DNA of 64,000 nucleotides, from contig OX597834.1 in assembly GCA_951406725.2 (NCBI GenBank), positions 2,542,001 through 2,606,000 of the forward strand. Direction: 5' to 3'. The notes below the pieces were generated by a model. It had not been told where the DNA came from. It did not search any database and worked only from the letters and a program-made list of their open reading frames with translations. Origin of the DNA: Octopus vulgaris. Lineage: Eukaryota. A program made the position numbers and the translations under genes. Numbering within the stretch: position 1 is the first letter of the stretch; every line of letters begins with the position of its first letter. Shown here piece by piece: positions 39,871 to 52,884 of the stretch.

Positions 39871-40015
39871 AAGGTCATCGTTGTTGACGAAAGCAGGTGT
39901 TACGGAATTTGCATGTGTGAAAGAGGTGAAGAAAAGGCATCATTTCGCAAGAATTTGAACACTGGAAAATGCGCCCGGACCGATGCATTGCTTTGAAGGT
40001 GATAAAAATGTAAAG

Positions 40016-40860
<845 letters not shown>

Positions 40861-40939
40861 ATGTAAAACTAAGTGCATAAAATAATATTGCAAAATTCCG
40901 GTTTCTTCTTACCACAGACGTATACAGACGTGCAATCTT

Positions 40940-41830
40940 TTACCCGAAACCTCCAGGACCAAATATGTTTCGGAATTCGGAGTTGTTTTTCTGAATGAAC
41001 GCATGTAGCTTGTTAATGAAGCAATCAGTAAACAATTCTTTGGTCATCCATGATTTCATGTCTTCACAATAATGCACAGATAAATGGTGTTTACCTTTAA
41101 AACAATTTGGATCCTTACTTTTCCCAACCACTGCCAACCTTGTGTCCGCCTCTGCAGCCTTGACGCTTCCATAAACAGTTGTCACCACTGGTCTCTGTTC
41201 TCTGTCATGCTCAGCAAGTTCCCTGTGTTGCTTCCTGTCCAATCCTCGATGTTGTCAAATCTGGATTTTCTCTGTTTGTTTTTCTTTCGCCTTCCCTCAA
41301 TTACACCCTGAAGAATGGTTTTGGGCACAGAGTTGTGGCAGGGCACGTGACCATACCAGGCAAGCTTTTGCCTTCTTTTTTTTTTACCTGCGCAAGCAAT
41401 GGTTCTTGCTACATGACAAAGCTGTTCGTTTTGTGTTCTGTGTTGCAGCTTTCAGAACGGGACCAGTGTGTTGTAAATCGGTCGAGAGAAGGGCCTCGAA
41501 ATTCTTTCCTGATAACCCCCGAAATCTACCAGTATCTGATATGTGGTGGGACGGGGTTCCGATTCCCAGCTCTTGTACAAACAAACTTTTTCCAAGTCTC
41601 TAGTAACCATATCGCTTCGAAAATTTCTCTGTTAATGTCCAGTTCTTCATTATGATTTCGAGCTTGTTTTAGGAGCATCAGTCAAATGAATGGTGTATGC
41701 TTAGATCTTCGATGCGAACCCATCCAACCAGCACACGCTCAAGGTCTATGCAACATTTTCCTATTTTCTATTTCTGTTTGAACATCACCATTTTGTCTTG
41801 CGTATTTTAACAACAAAAGAACTCCACGAC
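40940..41830 (-). mobile_element. Tigger/pogo (Jerky/CENP-B-like) transposase relic split by an RTE insertion
   Basis: LAVVGKSKDPNCFKGKHHLSVHY..KSWMTKELFTDCF (DDE_1-type) at 40990-41150; ENRKMLHRP..KQARNHNEELDI (CENP-B HTH-like) at 41600-41780. Confidence 0.75.
41155..41380 (-). mobile_element. RTE LINE ORF 3' end
   Basis: Minus strand translates KLAWYGHVPCHNSVPKTILQGVIEGRRKKNKQRKSRFDNIEDWTG, a typical RTE C-terminus. Confidence 0.8.
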
Positions 41831-42200
41831 TACTCATATCAAGTGGAAACCACCACTCGCCCTCCAAACATGAGTGACACTCAGCTAGACTCAGTGATGG
41901 GTCAACCATTAAGCAAAAAAAAAAAAAAAAGTGCGGCACGACAAAAATGGTAAATGGTTGACGGCACAAAACAAAATATCTTAAACTTGGTAAAATATTA
42001 TTTGGGATGTTTTATCTCTTCCAAGCATAGAAGCGGATGTGTTCCGTAAGATTAATTTTCTGGATCTCATAAGACTTTGCGATTAAAAACAAAGAGAAAG
42101 CTTTTCAAATATAATAAACTTCATTTTCCGTTTTAGTGTTTTGTTTCGTTTTGAAAAATAATTTATTTCATGGTTTATTATTGTTTATATTTTGAATTAC

Positions 42201-42275
<75 letters not shown>

Positions 42276-42277
<2 letters not shown>

Positions 42278-42396
42278 GGAATAAACACATAAATGTGAAA
42301 CAAGGTGGAAAAAAGAGTACTCAAATACCAGTGGTAGAGTAATATGCTTTATTTTAAGCAGCAGATTTTGTTGAATTTTCTGCTGCTTAAAATAAA

Positions 42397-42402
<6 letters not shown>
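42276..42402. mobile_element. Centre-deleted copy of the 44456 hairpin element, inside (TA)n
   Basis: Shares CACATAAATGTGAAACAAGGTGGAAAAAAGAGTAC with 44456; ~24-bp stem 42342-42365/42379-42402. Confidence 0.7.
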
Positions 42403-42471
<69 letters not shown>

Positions 42472-42475
42472 CATG

Positions 42476-42520
<45 letters not shown>

Positions 42521-42544
42521 ATATGTATATATATATATGTGGGG

Positions 42545-43140
42545 CCACCAACATCTTTTAAGTGGTGAGGGCCTCTATGGGTCTTAATCCAGCCCTCACA
42601 GTCACTCCAAATGCTGGCCTTCACCGAGGATCTCTCTTGGCGAAAGTACATCTATAGCAAAGGTTTTCAACTCCAAACAGCTACTAAAACCCTTTATATT
42701 CCACAACAGAATATTGGTCTAGCATCTGAAATGGTGCAGCTTCTATGCCCGATGCGAACCTGCACTGCATCCACCGAAGAACCACTCGACTGATTGGTGT
42801 TCCATCTCTAATGGACACACCCCGACCTCCTCGTCCACACGTCTGTTGTGTCTCCTATCCCCAACTTGTCTCTGTCTGTCTGTCTGTCCCCCCCTCTCTC
42901 TCTCTCTCTTCTATAGCTACTACAATGGCCGTATTCCTCTCGCCACTAGTTACACTCGTACTTTAACCACCCAACTGCCCCTGACTCGCCCTTCGTCTCT
43001 CCCAGCACCTCTTGTCACACTTGCTGCCCTGTCCATCATGCCTTTCCCTGCACAATCCCAGTCTTTCCTCTCCACAACATCGTCCCTCTGGAATTTTCTC
43101 TTTGTTCATGTCTTCCCTGCACAACAATAACGGCATCAAA
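42545..43140 (+). mobile_element. CR1/Jockey-group LINE ORF2 C-terminal relic; a second fragment lies inverted at 44148-44255
   Basis: Frameshifted pieces LHCIHRRTTRLIGVPSLMDT, LFYSYYNG and SFLSTTSSLWNFLFVHVFP. Confidence 0.65.
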
Positions 43141-43374
43141 CTCTCCATCCTCGGACGGAATGCCACGTTCACGGGCACTGTCCCTCCCTTCAACCTCAGC
43201 AAGTGCGAAAATATATATGCACACAGACACACAGACACACACACACACACACATACATTTACAAATATACATGCACACGCATGCCCATACACACACACGC
43301 ACTTATATACAGACCCCAAACCCATACACACACGCACACAGTGGATTTGGTGGACGGAAACCGAAAGAAGCCCG

Positions 43375-43425
<51 letters not shown>

Positions 43426-43699
43426 CATGTATGTATGTATGTATGTATGTATGTATGTATGTATGTATGTATGTATATATGCATATGTGTGTCTGTGACA
43501 CCGCTTGACAACTGGTTTTGGTGTGTTTACGTCCCTGTAACTTAACGGTTCGGCATTAGAGTCCAATGGAATAACTACCGGGCTTTACAAAAACAAAACA
43601 TTTGCCCGACTAAAATTCTTTAAAGCGATGCCCCAGCGTGGCCGCAGTTTAATGACTGAAACAAGTAAAAAGCTAAGCAATATGAACCCAGACAGACAC

Positions 43700-43713
43700 G
43701 GGTGGATGGATGG

Positions 43714-43749
<36 letters not shown>

Positions 43750-44018
43750 ATGGGTGGATGGGTGGATGGATGGGTGGATGGGTGGATGGATGGGTGGATG
43801 GATGGGTGGATGGATGGATGGATGGGTGGATGGATGGATGGATGGATGGGTGGATGGGTGGATGGGTGGATGGATGGGTGGATGGATGGGTGGATGGATG
43901 GGTGGATGGATGGATGGGGTGGATGGATGGGTGGATGGGTGGATGGATGGGTGGATGGATGGATGGATGGGTGGATGGATGGATGGATGGATGGATGGAT
44001 GGATGGATGGATGGATGG
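43700..44018. repeat. (GGAT/GGGT)n tetranucleotide tract
   Basis: Directly visible. Confidence 0.95.
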
Positions 44019-44455
44019 AGTGTGTGAAATGTTTAACAAAGATTTATACTGACGTCTCAGAAAATAAAATACAGGGACAAGATTTGAGATAGGGGGAGTA
44101 ACTCTGAAACTGTTAAGTAACGTGAGATTTATGTCCCTTGTTAAGTCAGCAGCAAGTGTGAGAAGAGGTGCTGGGAGAGACAAAGGGTGAGTCAGGGGCA
44201 TTTGAGTGGTTAAAGTACGAGTGTAACCAGTGGCGAGAGGAATAATAGATGCCAAAAGAATCCGGAAATCCTCAGAGAGCGGAAAACCAACCTTTTAAGT
44301 CTATGCCTTGGGAAGGACTTTTATTTTGCTTTTATTTTATTGATAGTAACGGTGCCTGAAACATTGCCAAAACATACTTGTTCCGTTATAGCAAATGCTG
44401 AGAAGCTCAGAAATGATGGAGAGGATGGGTACATATATATATATATATATATATA

Positions 44456-44656
44456 CCAGAGTAAGCACATAAATGTGAAACAAGGTGGAAAAAAGAGTAC
44501 CAGAGGTAGATTAATATTGTTTATTAAAAAGCAGCAAAAATATCACAAAAACTGTTACTCAGAGTTTCACATTCCTGTTCGTCAGACAGTTTTGTTTAGA
44601 ATGTCCCACGAACGGGAACATGAAACTCTGTAATATTTTTGCTGCTTTTTAATAAA
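44456..44656 (-). mobile_element. Penelope pLTR-like asymmetric hairpin element
   Basis: Arms 44520-44589 and 44604-44656 are inverted; the longer left arm ends in (TA)n; contains a hammerhead motif. Confidence 0.65.
44548..44593 (-). ncRNA. Minimal type I hammerhead ribozyme motif
   Basis: Minus strand reads AAAACTGT-CTGACGA-ACA-GGAA-TGT-GAAACTC-T-GAGTA-ACAGTTTT: 8-bp stem I, intact core, GUA site. Confidence 0.8.
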
Positions 44657-44697
44657 AGTTGTCAAGCGGTGTCACAGACACACATATGCATATATAC

Positions 44698-44736
<39 letters not shown>

Positions 44737-45912
44737 CGTTTAAATATTTGTTGTGCAAGATTTTTTATGTGAAGTCGTGTGTTGAAACAGATATTGTTAT
44801 ATTTCGGAATGGTCATATTGCCAGTTTAGCCAATAAAAACACACGCACTATATATTTGGTGTTATTTTGCTTCAGTGATATTTATTTTTTACATTAATCT
44901 TAATCTTATTTCGGCCAAAGTTCTTTCGTCACACTCCTGTGACCGCATCAGTGGTCCTTTGTTTTCTTCTCACTTACTTGTGTCTCTCCTTACTAACCGT
45001 CAGCCATTTTGTATTTCTATTGTATGTCTTCATTTGCGCATGCTTATATCTCTATGTGCGTCTATGTTTATTTAGTGTGTGTGGGGGGGGATGCCTGTAA
45101 TATTTGTATCTTCTGGTTATATACATTCTTGTAATTTGTATTTTGTTTTTGTTGTTGTTGCTTTTGTTCTAATTTTGTTCATGTGTTTACATCCACCCAT
45201 TATTATCATTACATATGCTTGTATGTATGTATAACAACAATATTAGTAATAATAATAATAAATCTAATCGAAAAAAAAAAAAAAAAAAAAGAAAAGAATA
45301 TACATATACATATATATATATACATACATATACATATACATATATACATACATATACATATACATATACATATATATGCACATATACACACATATATACA
45401 CATATAGATATTCATTTCTATTTCTTTAATTTTTTTCGATTAGATTTATTATTATTATTACTAATATTGTTGTTATACATACATACAAGCATATGTAATG
45501 ATAATAATGGGTGGATGTAAACACATGAATAAAATTAGAACAAAAGCAACAACAACAAAAACAAAAACAAAATACAAATTACAAGAATGTATATAACCAG
45601 AAGATACAAATATTACAGGCATCCCCCCCCCCACACTAAATAAACATAGACGCACATAGAGATATAAGCATGCGCAAATGAAGACATACAATAGAAATAC
45701 AAAATGGCTGACGGTTAGTAAGGAGAGACACAAGTAAGTGAGAAGAAAACAAAGGACCACTGATGCGGTCACAGGAGTGTGACGAAAGAACTTTGGCCGA
45801 AATAAGATTAAGATTAATGTAAAAAATAAATATCACTGAAGCAAAATAACACCAAATATATAGTGCGTGTGTTTTTATTGGCTAAACTGGCAATATGACC
45901 ATTCCGAAATAT

Positions 45913-45920
<8 letters not shown>
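44737..45920. mobile_element. ~1.2-kb fold-back element with ~490-bp near-identical arms, flanked by (TA)n; hammerhead-like motif in each arm
   Basis: 44791-45277 is the reverse complement of 45431-45920 (ORFs 44875+ and 45636- translate identically); microsatellite spacer; 54-nt unpaired left extension. Confidence 0.9.
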
Positions 45921-45955
<35 letters not shown>

Positions 45956-46949
45956 CATACATCCGTGCGCGCGCGCGTGTATTAAAACTTGTTTTTACGT
46001 TATGCTATAATGGTTTCAAATTTTGGCACAAGACCAGCAGTCTGAGGGGAGGGGCTATGTCGGTTACATTGACCACAGCAGTAAAATGATACTTATTTTA
46101 TCGACCCCGAAAGGTTGAAAGACAAAGTTGACCCCGTCGGAATTTGAACTCAGAACGTAAAGGCGTATGAAATGCTGCTGAGCATTTTGTCTGGGGCGCC
46201 AACGATTCTGCCTGACCCCTACCACCACCACCGCCTTTATAGTCCATGTTGTTATAAAAGCAATTTAATATTAAAGCTGAAGCCTTACTCAATATATTTT
46301 GTAGAGTGTGTCATGTTAGGATTCTTCTGGCCATTCCGTTTGTAAGTCTTCCTGTTATTGCTTAGATTAAGTGATCAGATGAGTTCGTGGTAAAGGCCTA
46401 GCGATCCAGAACATGTTGAGAGAGCATCAAATGGAATTTAATTTATGAACATTAAATGGAATTTAAGGAAAATTTTATTTTACAAGTTATTGCATTTGTG
46501 AATCGTTAGTTTGTTCAAGTTTTTCTCACTAATTTTTATATTCGTAGTTTTGCTTAAAATGATTTCAATGGATTATTACGATATATCTCGTTCACTGGTT
46601 TCAGCGTGTCTCTAACACATATTTCTGATCAATATCTGTACCATATATTTAGTTTAGTCTAACTGTACTGTATGCTTATATTTACTGTACAATTATATAA
46701 GGATTGTGTTCAAGTGAATGTATATATTTGTTTATATAAGAAACTCGTATATAAATACTAAATTATTGCTTTCATATTTAATAAACCATGTCAATTGCTG
46801 CTTTTCGTTTGATCGACTGTGATCATAAACAGCCGTTAATGACTAGGAAGATGCTTGAGCAGAAATTAATCTAGCCACTGGGAGACTTCTTCATGAGCCA
46901 TTTCTCACCAAAAATCCTTCCCAAAGAACTGGTTTTTATTATTGACTGG

Positions 46950-47200
46950 TCCTCCATCGGTTGCGACGACAAGGGTTCCAGTTGATCCGATCAACAGAAC
47001 AGCCTGCTTGTGAAATTAACGTGCAAGTGGCTTAAGACTCCACACATGCGTGTACCCTTAACTTAGTTGTCTGGGAGATTCAGCATGGCACAGAATATGA
47101 CGAGGCTAGCCCCCCCTTTTGAATTACAGGTACACCTCAGCTAGGTGAGTGAGCTGCATCCCCATGAAATAGTGCTTTGCTCAAGGATACAATGCACCTT
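46950..47200 (-). mobile_element. SINE (same family as 60348-60660)
   Basis: Shared GTGAAATTAA(C/T)GT(G/A)CAAGTGGCT..GGAGATTCAGC..GAATTACAGGTACA..TTGCTCAAGGA blocks. Confidence 0.7.
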
Positions 47201-47349
47201 CATGAAGAATTTATTTTCCATTGATGTGCACACGAGAAAGTGGTGTTGCATTCCATGTGTTGGTCTGCATTGAAATAATGCCTTCAGTTGTGATCCATTT
47301 CGTAGCAGCAGAAATTGTTTCTTTTATATATAAAGAGAAAGTTGTAGAG

Positions 47350-50048
47350 CAGAGGTTCCCAACCTTTTTCAGCCCAGGGACCATTTTACACTTGAAAAAG
47401 TTTCTAGGGACCATTTCTACTTAATGCTGTTCTATTTTCACACTAAAATATTCGATGAAAATACAATATAGTCTATTTACACTTTGAAATTTATTTTAGC
47501 AAAAAAAGAGATAAAATTTAAAATTTAATAAACAAAGATAAACATGAGATATCAAAATCATTTCTCATAAAGTCTTTCCTTTTGAGTCCATTCTGTTAGT
47601 GACTAGCTTGATATTGGTGTTTCTGACTCAAGATATCATAATCAATTTTAACGAACTCATTTAGTCTGAGTCTGATAGTTCCTCTGCTGTTGACATCTAA
47701 TTTATTTCTTTTTCTACTTAAAATATCTACAACAGCTGAAAATACAGATTCCATCATCCATGTGGCAGGGAAAGAAATGATGCTTTCTTCTACATGTCGA
47801 AAAATATCTGGGTGTGATCCCTTTATCGATATGTAGGCAAAGACCCCTTCCTTCTCAACTCTTCTCCTCAGTTTCATATTCTCTTTCAAATCCAACAACA
47901 TTTCAGCCACCTGAAAATTTCCATCTCCTGGCTTATAATTTTCTAGGTCTACAAACCAGAATGGATAATCCATCTTTAATAAATCATTGTATTTTCTCTC
48001 AAAGTCTACATGAAGACCCTCAAGATGGGCAATGCATGCAGCCATGCATTCTGATGTAGGAACGGTGGTGTTGGAATTTTGAAATGATGCCAATTTTTTT
48101 TTCAAACTGTTTCTTCCAAAATGTTAACTTCCCCATATACCCTTTTATCTTCCGAGAACAGGTGATCAAATCTGATTTTCTACCTTGCAGCTCTAACAGA
48201 TTCACTGTTTTAAAAATATCACTCAAGTAGAATATTTTTGATTTAAACTCAGAAAGTCTTTCCAAAATTTTCGTAGCTGTATCAGCTTGCTTCTTGGAGT
48301 TGTAAATGAGTTATCTGACTCTTGAACATGAGAAAGTTGATTAATGGTTCCCACCAATTCACTAGTCTTTCAAGCCTCAGGCCTTTTGACAACCATTTTA
48401 CTTTTGTGTGAAGCAATAGGGTTTTTAAATTTTCATCTTCACAGAATTGCATTAAAAATCTATTATTCACTGAGTTTGATTTGACAAAGTTAATTGCATG
48501 TATGGCAGTGCTGAGTGCTTCTTCCATCTGTCCTCCAATATTCTTAGCAACGAAATGCTGTCTGTGGATAATGCAATGTATATAAAAAAATGTGAGGAGC
48601 AACTGATTTCATTTTAGAAACAAAGCCTTTCACTTTTCCAGTCATGGCTGCAGCTCCATCTGATGCAATGTTAATCAGATTTGTCAAAGGAATATTATTA
48701 TCATTAAAATACTGCATTACTTCATTGAATATTTCTTCTCCATTAGTTGTTTCAGACAAACTTTTAATGAATAACATTTCTTCCCTTATATCATCTTCAT
48801 GGATGAATTTGACACAGACCAGAAGCATAGCTTACTTATGAATTGTGCTATCATCAACCTGGATAGAAAAATTTGTTTTTTGGAGAATTTCCACAACCTT
48901 CTCCTCAACAAAATTAGACGGAATTGTACTCAGAGTAGATGCAGCATCTTTTCCCAGAACCTCATTTGCACAAGCGATCATGGCAGGCTTGACACGTTTC
49001 TCACCATAAATCTGAGTTGCTGTAACCTTGGCAATAATTTCAGAGACGAAATAACTTGGTTTGAATGTCTTTGCTTTTTCAATATTTATCTTCTTTACAA
49101 AGTCGGGTAGTTTGATTGGCTGTATTTTCTTTTTATTCTCAAAATATTCCCTACTTTTACCAAAAGATGATGGACACCTTAATTTCTAGTGCTGTTCCAG
49201 CTTAACTTCTTCGTGGAATGATTTGTCATGATGGCATCACATTCAAGACACATAAGTTTTGAGTCTACAGATACAAAACCAAACATGATAAAATCTTCTT
49301 TGTAGTTCCTCAGTTTTGCCTTCTTAGCAGTTGGTTGAGACATAATTTCAACTGATCTTAAAAATAAAATAAACATAATAAATACTTTATTTCTATAAAT
49401 TAAAAGTATCAAATTTATTATTAAACAATATTGTGTAGTGATCTATCAAAAATATCAAATTTATTATGAAACTGTTGTGATTGTAAAATTTAAATTATGT
49501 ATTTGTTGATTGTGCCGACCAAAGCCTTGTGAGTGGATTTGGTAGATGGAAACTGAAAGAAGCCCGTCGTATATATGTATATATATATATGTGTGCGTTT
49601 GTTTGTGTGTCTGTGTTTGTCCCCCTAGCATTGCTTGACAACCGATGCTGGTGTGTTTATGTCCCCGTCACTTAGCGGTTCGGCAAAAGAGACCAATAGA
49701 ATAAGTACTGGGCTTACAAAGAATAAGTCCCGGGGTCGAGTTGCTCGATTTAAGGCGGTGCTCCAGCATGGCCGCAGTCAAATGGCTGAAACAAGTAAAA
49801 AGGGAAATATATTACTGATTATATATTGTACCTTATTGATTCTTATGAAATAATTATTGAATTTTGTTTTCTCATTGTTATTACTCTGTCTTCATGTAAA
49901 TTATTAACTAACAGTGTCTTTATTATCGAACAATATTTTGTAGATCTGAAATGGTTCCAATTTTTTTATGGCTATGAATTCTGTGGGGACCACTAGAAAT
50001 GCTCAGGGGGACCACCGGAGGGCCCCAGGGACCTGTTGGGAATCACTG
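47350..50048 (-). mobile_element. Full-length decayed hAT transposon, Buster/Charlie (ZBED5/SCAND3-like) group
   Basis: TIRs CAGAGGTTCCCAAC / GTTGGGAATCACTG (12/14); perfect 8-bp TSD TTGTAGAG with central TA at 47342-47349 and 50049-50056; family A SINE fragment inserted at 49513-49800. Confidence 0.95.
47596..49343 (-). pseudogene. Frameshifted hAT transposase
   Basis: BED-finger-like MSQPTAKKAKLRNYKEDFIMFGF..CLEC; FSIQVDDST, IASDGAAAMTG, HCIIHRQH, KWLSKG and FPATWMMESVFS motifs spread over several reading frames. Confidence 0.9.
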
Positions 50049-50740
50049 TTGTAGAGGTTGCCTGCTCCATAGAACATCGACGGAAAGTCTGATGAGGGTT
50101 TAGCAGGTCGAGACTTCAAAGTGAAGAAGTGAAACGCTGTCTTTCTTTGCCTCACGAATGAGGAGAGCTCGGTGACAGGGGGCACTGTCATCGTGAAGAA
50201 CCCAATTCTTCGCGTTCTGCAGACCTAAACAACCCCCTTTCACCGCATCCAACGTTGAGACACGGGAACGTCAAAAGTGCTTCAGCTGGTGATTGGAGGA
50301 GAGAGAGAGAGCGAGAAAGAGTGAGTGAGTGAGAGAGAGAGTGAGAGAGAGAGGGAGAGAGAGAGAGAAGGCTTGGACCAATACTCGGTTGGTACACATT
50401 TACAGCCGAGTAGACTGGAACAAAGTGAAATGAGACGCATTGCCCAAAGTCACAACTCACTGCCCAGTCCAGAAATCGAACTCATGATCTAATGAAGCAA
50501 CTAGAAGTAAGCTGCGGTTGTCCGCATCACAGGGTAATACTCGCCAATAGTGATGACATACAGCAACAATCCTTGCAGACCGCATTACATTAAATAAACG
50601 AAATTTCGGTTAAGGGGAAAAACTCTTTATAACCAAATGGACTTCGGCATCTGAACGCAGTTGCTTCCCTTAGATAAACAATTTTTTTTTTATAAACCCT
50701 AAAAATTATTTACAATTTAAAAACAAGTCCAGTAATATAT

Positions 50741-50804
<64 letters not shown>

Positions 50805-50806
<2 letters not shown>

Positions 50807-51025
50807 TCCGTAAATATAAGAGAGCCAACTTTGAATATGTTAACTCTAGTGCTAGAAATAGCTCCAGAGCTATTTCTAGCACTAGAGTTAACATATTCAA
50901 AGTTGGCTCTCTTATATTTACAGATAAATATGTATTTGTCTCCCTGGTTTATTGTGCTAGATCGCTTGGTGTTAAAATAAGGGTATTATTGAATTAATAT
51001 CTAAAATTTTTTCACCCTCATTATT
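50805..51025. repeat. Perfect 55-bp-arm hairpin with unpaired 3' extension, between (TA)n tracts
   Basis: 50810-50864 is the exact reverse complement of 50867-50921, with a 2-nt loop (CA). Confidence 0.92.
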
Positions 51026-51149
51026 GAATGTATATATATATATATATATGTAAGACACACACACACACATATATGTGTATATGTATATATGTGTGTGTGT
51101 ATATGTATATATATATGTGTGTATATATATGTGTATATGCAAATGTGTT

Positions 51150-51191
<42 letters not shown>

Positions 51192-51275
51192 TGTATATAT
51201 ATATGTATATATATGTCTGTATATATATATATATATGTATATATATGTCTGTATATATATATGTATGTAAGTATG

Positions 51276-51313
<38 letters not shown>

Positions 51314-51594
51314 TATGTATATATATATATATAGGTATGTATGTATGTATATATATATATGTATGTATATATGTGTGTGTATATATATATATACATATAT
51401 ATATGTATGTATATATGTATGTGTATATATGTATGTATATAAATAAGAAAATGGAGGAACAAATTCATTTCGATCATCAACTTACGGATATTACAATTTC
51501 ACATTATTTATTAATTATACAAATGGGAACATCAAAACAATATACATCAATATATAATATAATAATAAAAATAAAAATAATAGAAATAAACTGC

Positions 51595-51726
51595 TCCTTA
51601 CAGCTGTTTCAGCCTATGGTCGAGAGTCAATTCAACTTAAATTGCCTATAGATGCCATTGTAATATAGTCCTAGGCATTAAAGATTATATTTGTCTGTTT
51701 AAATAACCAAAGGCCTTGTCAGAGGA
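51595..51726 (-). ncRNA. Minimal hammerhead motif with large loop II; core G8A change
   Basis: Minus strand reads TCCT-CTGACAA-GGCCTTTGGTT...GACCATAGGCT-GAAAC-AGCT-GTA-AGGA. Confidence 0.6.
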
Positions 51727-52468
51727 TATACATAACTAGAAGAGTATGATAATAATATTGATATATAAAAAAAAACATGCTTCACTCACTGTCCAATAAA
51801 AACAAGAAAATAAATAATAAGACAAATATTCAAAATACATATATATACTACTAATATAGGATGATGTTTTTTACAGAAAAAAATTCCATCAAAAATTGTG
51901 GCAGCATATTAAAATACCTTTACAGTTAAAATTATAAACAACTAATAAATAAGAGCTAAAGAAAATTATTTCTATGCCAATATGCTGATAACAGACTTTT
52001 AAATCGTCAATTTCCACATATTATTTACTCGCTACAGAAAACACATAGAGCTGAAATCGAGGAAAGCCGGCCGATAGAATTTTTTTTTAAACTTCTTTAT
52101 TTCTATATTGAATCAATTTCGGAATTAATCTCATAATAGATTTTTTCCTCTTCAGTAGAAAATACGAAAAGATATAAATAAGATACTACCATACGCCCAT
52201 GGAAAAAAGCCGAAGCAAAAATCATGAGTACATACAAGTACCCCAGATATATCTAAAAATAAAATTCTTTGGTCAGCCTCAGCACACGTGTGAACTGTTC
52301 TCCACTACAGCTTATAGTGGTTACCAGTCCCTATAGCGAATTGTAATAAGTCTACTACTAATATAGGATGAAGTTTTTTTACAGAAAAAAATTCCATCAA
52401 AATATGTGGCAGCATATTAAAATACCTTTACAGTTAAAATTATAAACGATTTATAAACAAGGGCTAAA

Positions 52469-52508
<40 letters not shown>

Positions 52509-52825
52509 CATAAACACATATATACATATAAAAAAATATACAAATATGCATACATATACATACATGGGCAAATCGTACATAGTAATCACATGTGCAAAAT
52601 ACATAAAGAACAACATTGAAGAATATATCGCATTACATTGGATTATCATGCTTCGTATAGTCCAGTAAATGCATTCTAACGTAATATACTATCACTTTTA
52701 ACAATAACGATAATACTAAACAATAAAACAAAAATTCATGAAACAAGGTACGAAGTATAAATATTCACACATACACATACACATATATATATATGTATAT
52801 ATATATGTATGTACGTATATATGTT

Positions 52826-52884
<59 letters not shown>

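Noticed and set aside
47596-49343. Possible domesticated ZBED5/SCAND3-like host gene
   Set aside because: Multiple frameshifts plus intact TIRs and TSD show it is a dead transposon.
50085-50120. CTGATGAG followed by CGAGAC
   Set aside because: No stem II pairing, and GAAA is absent.
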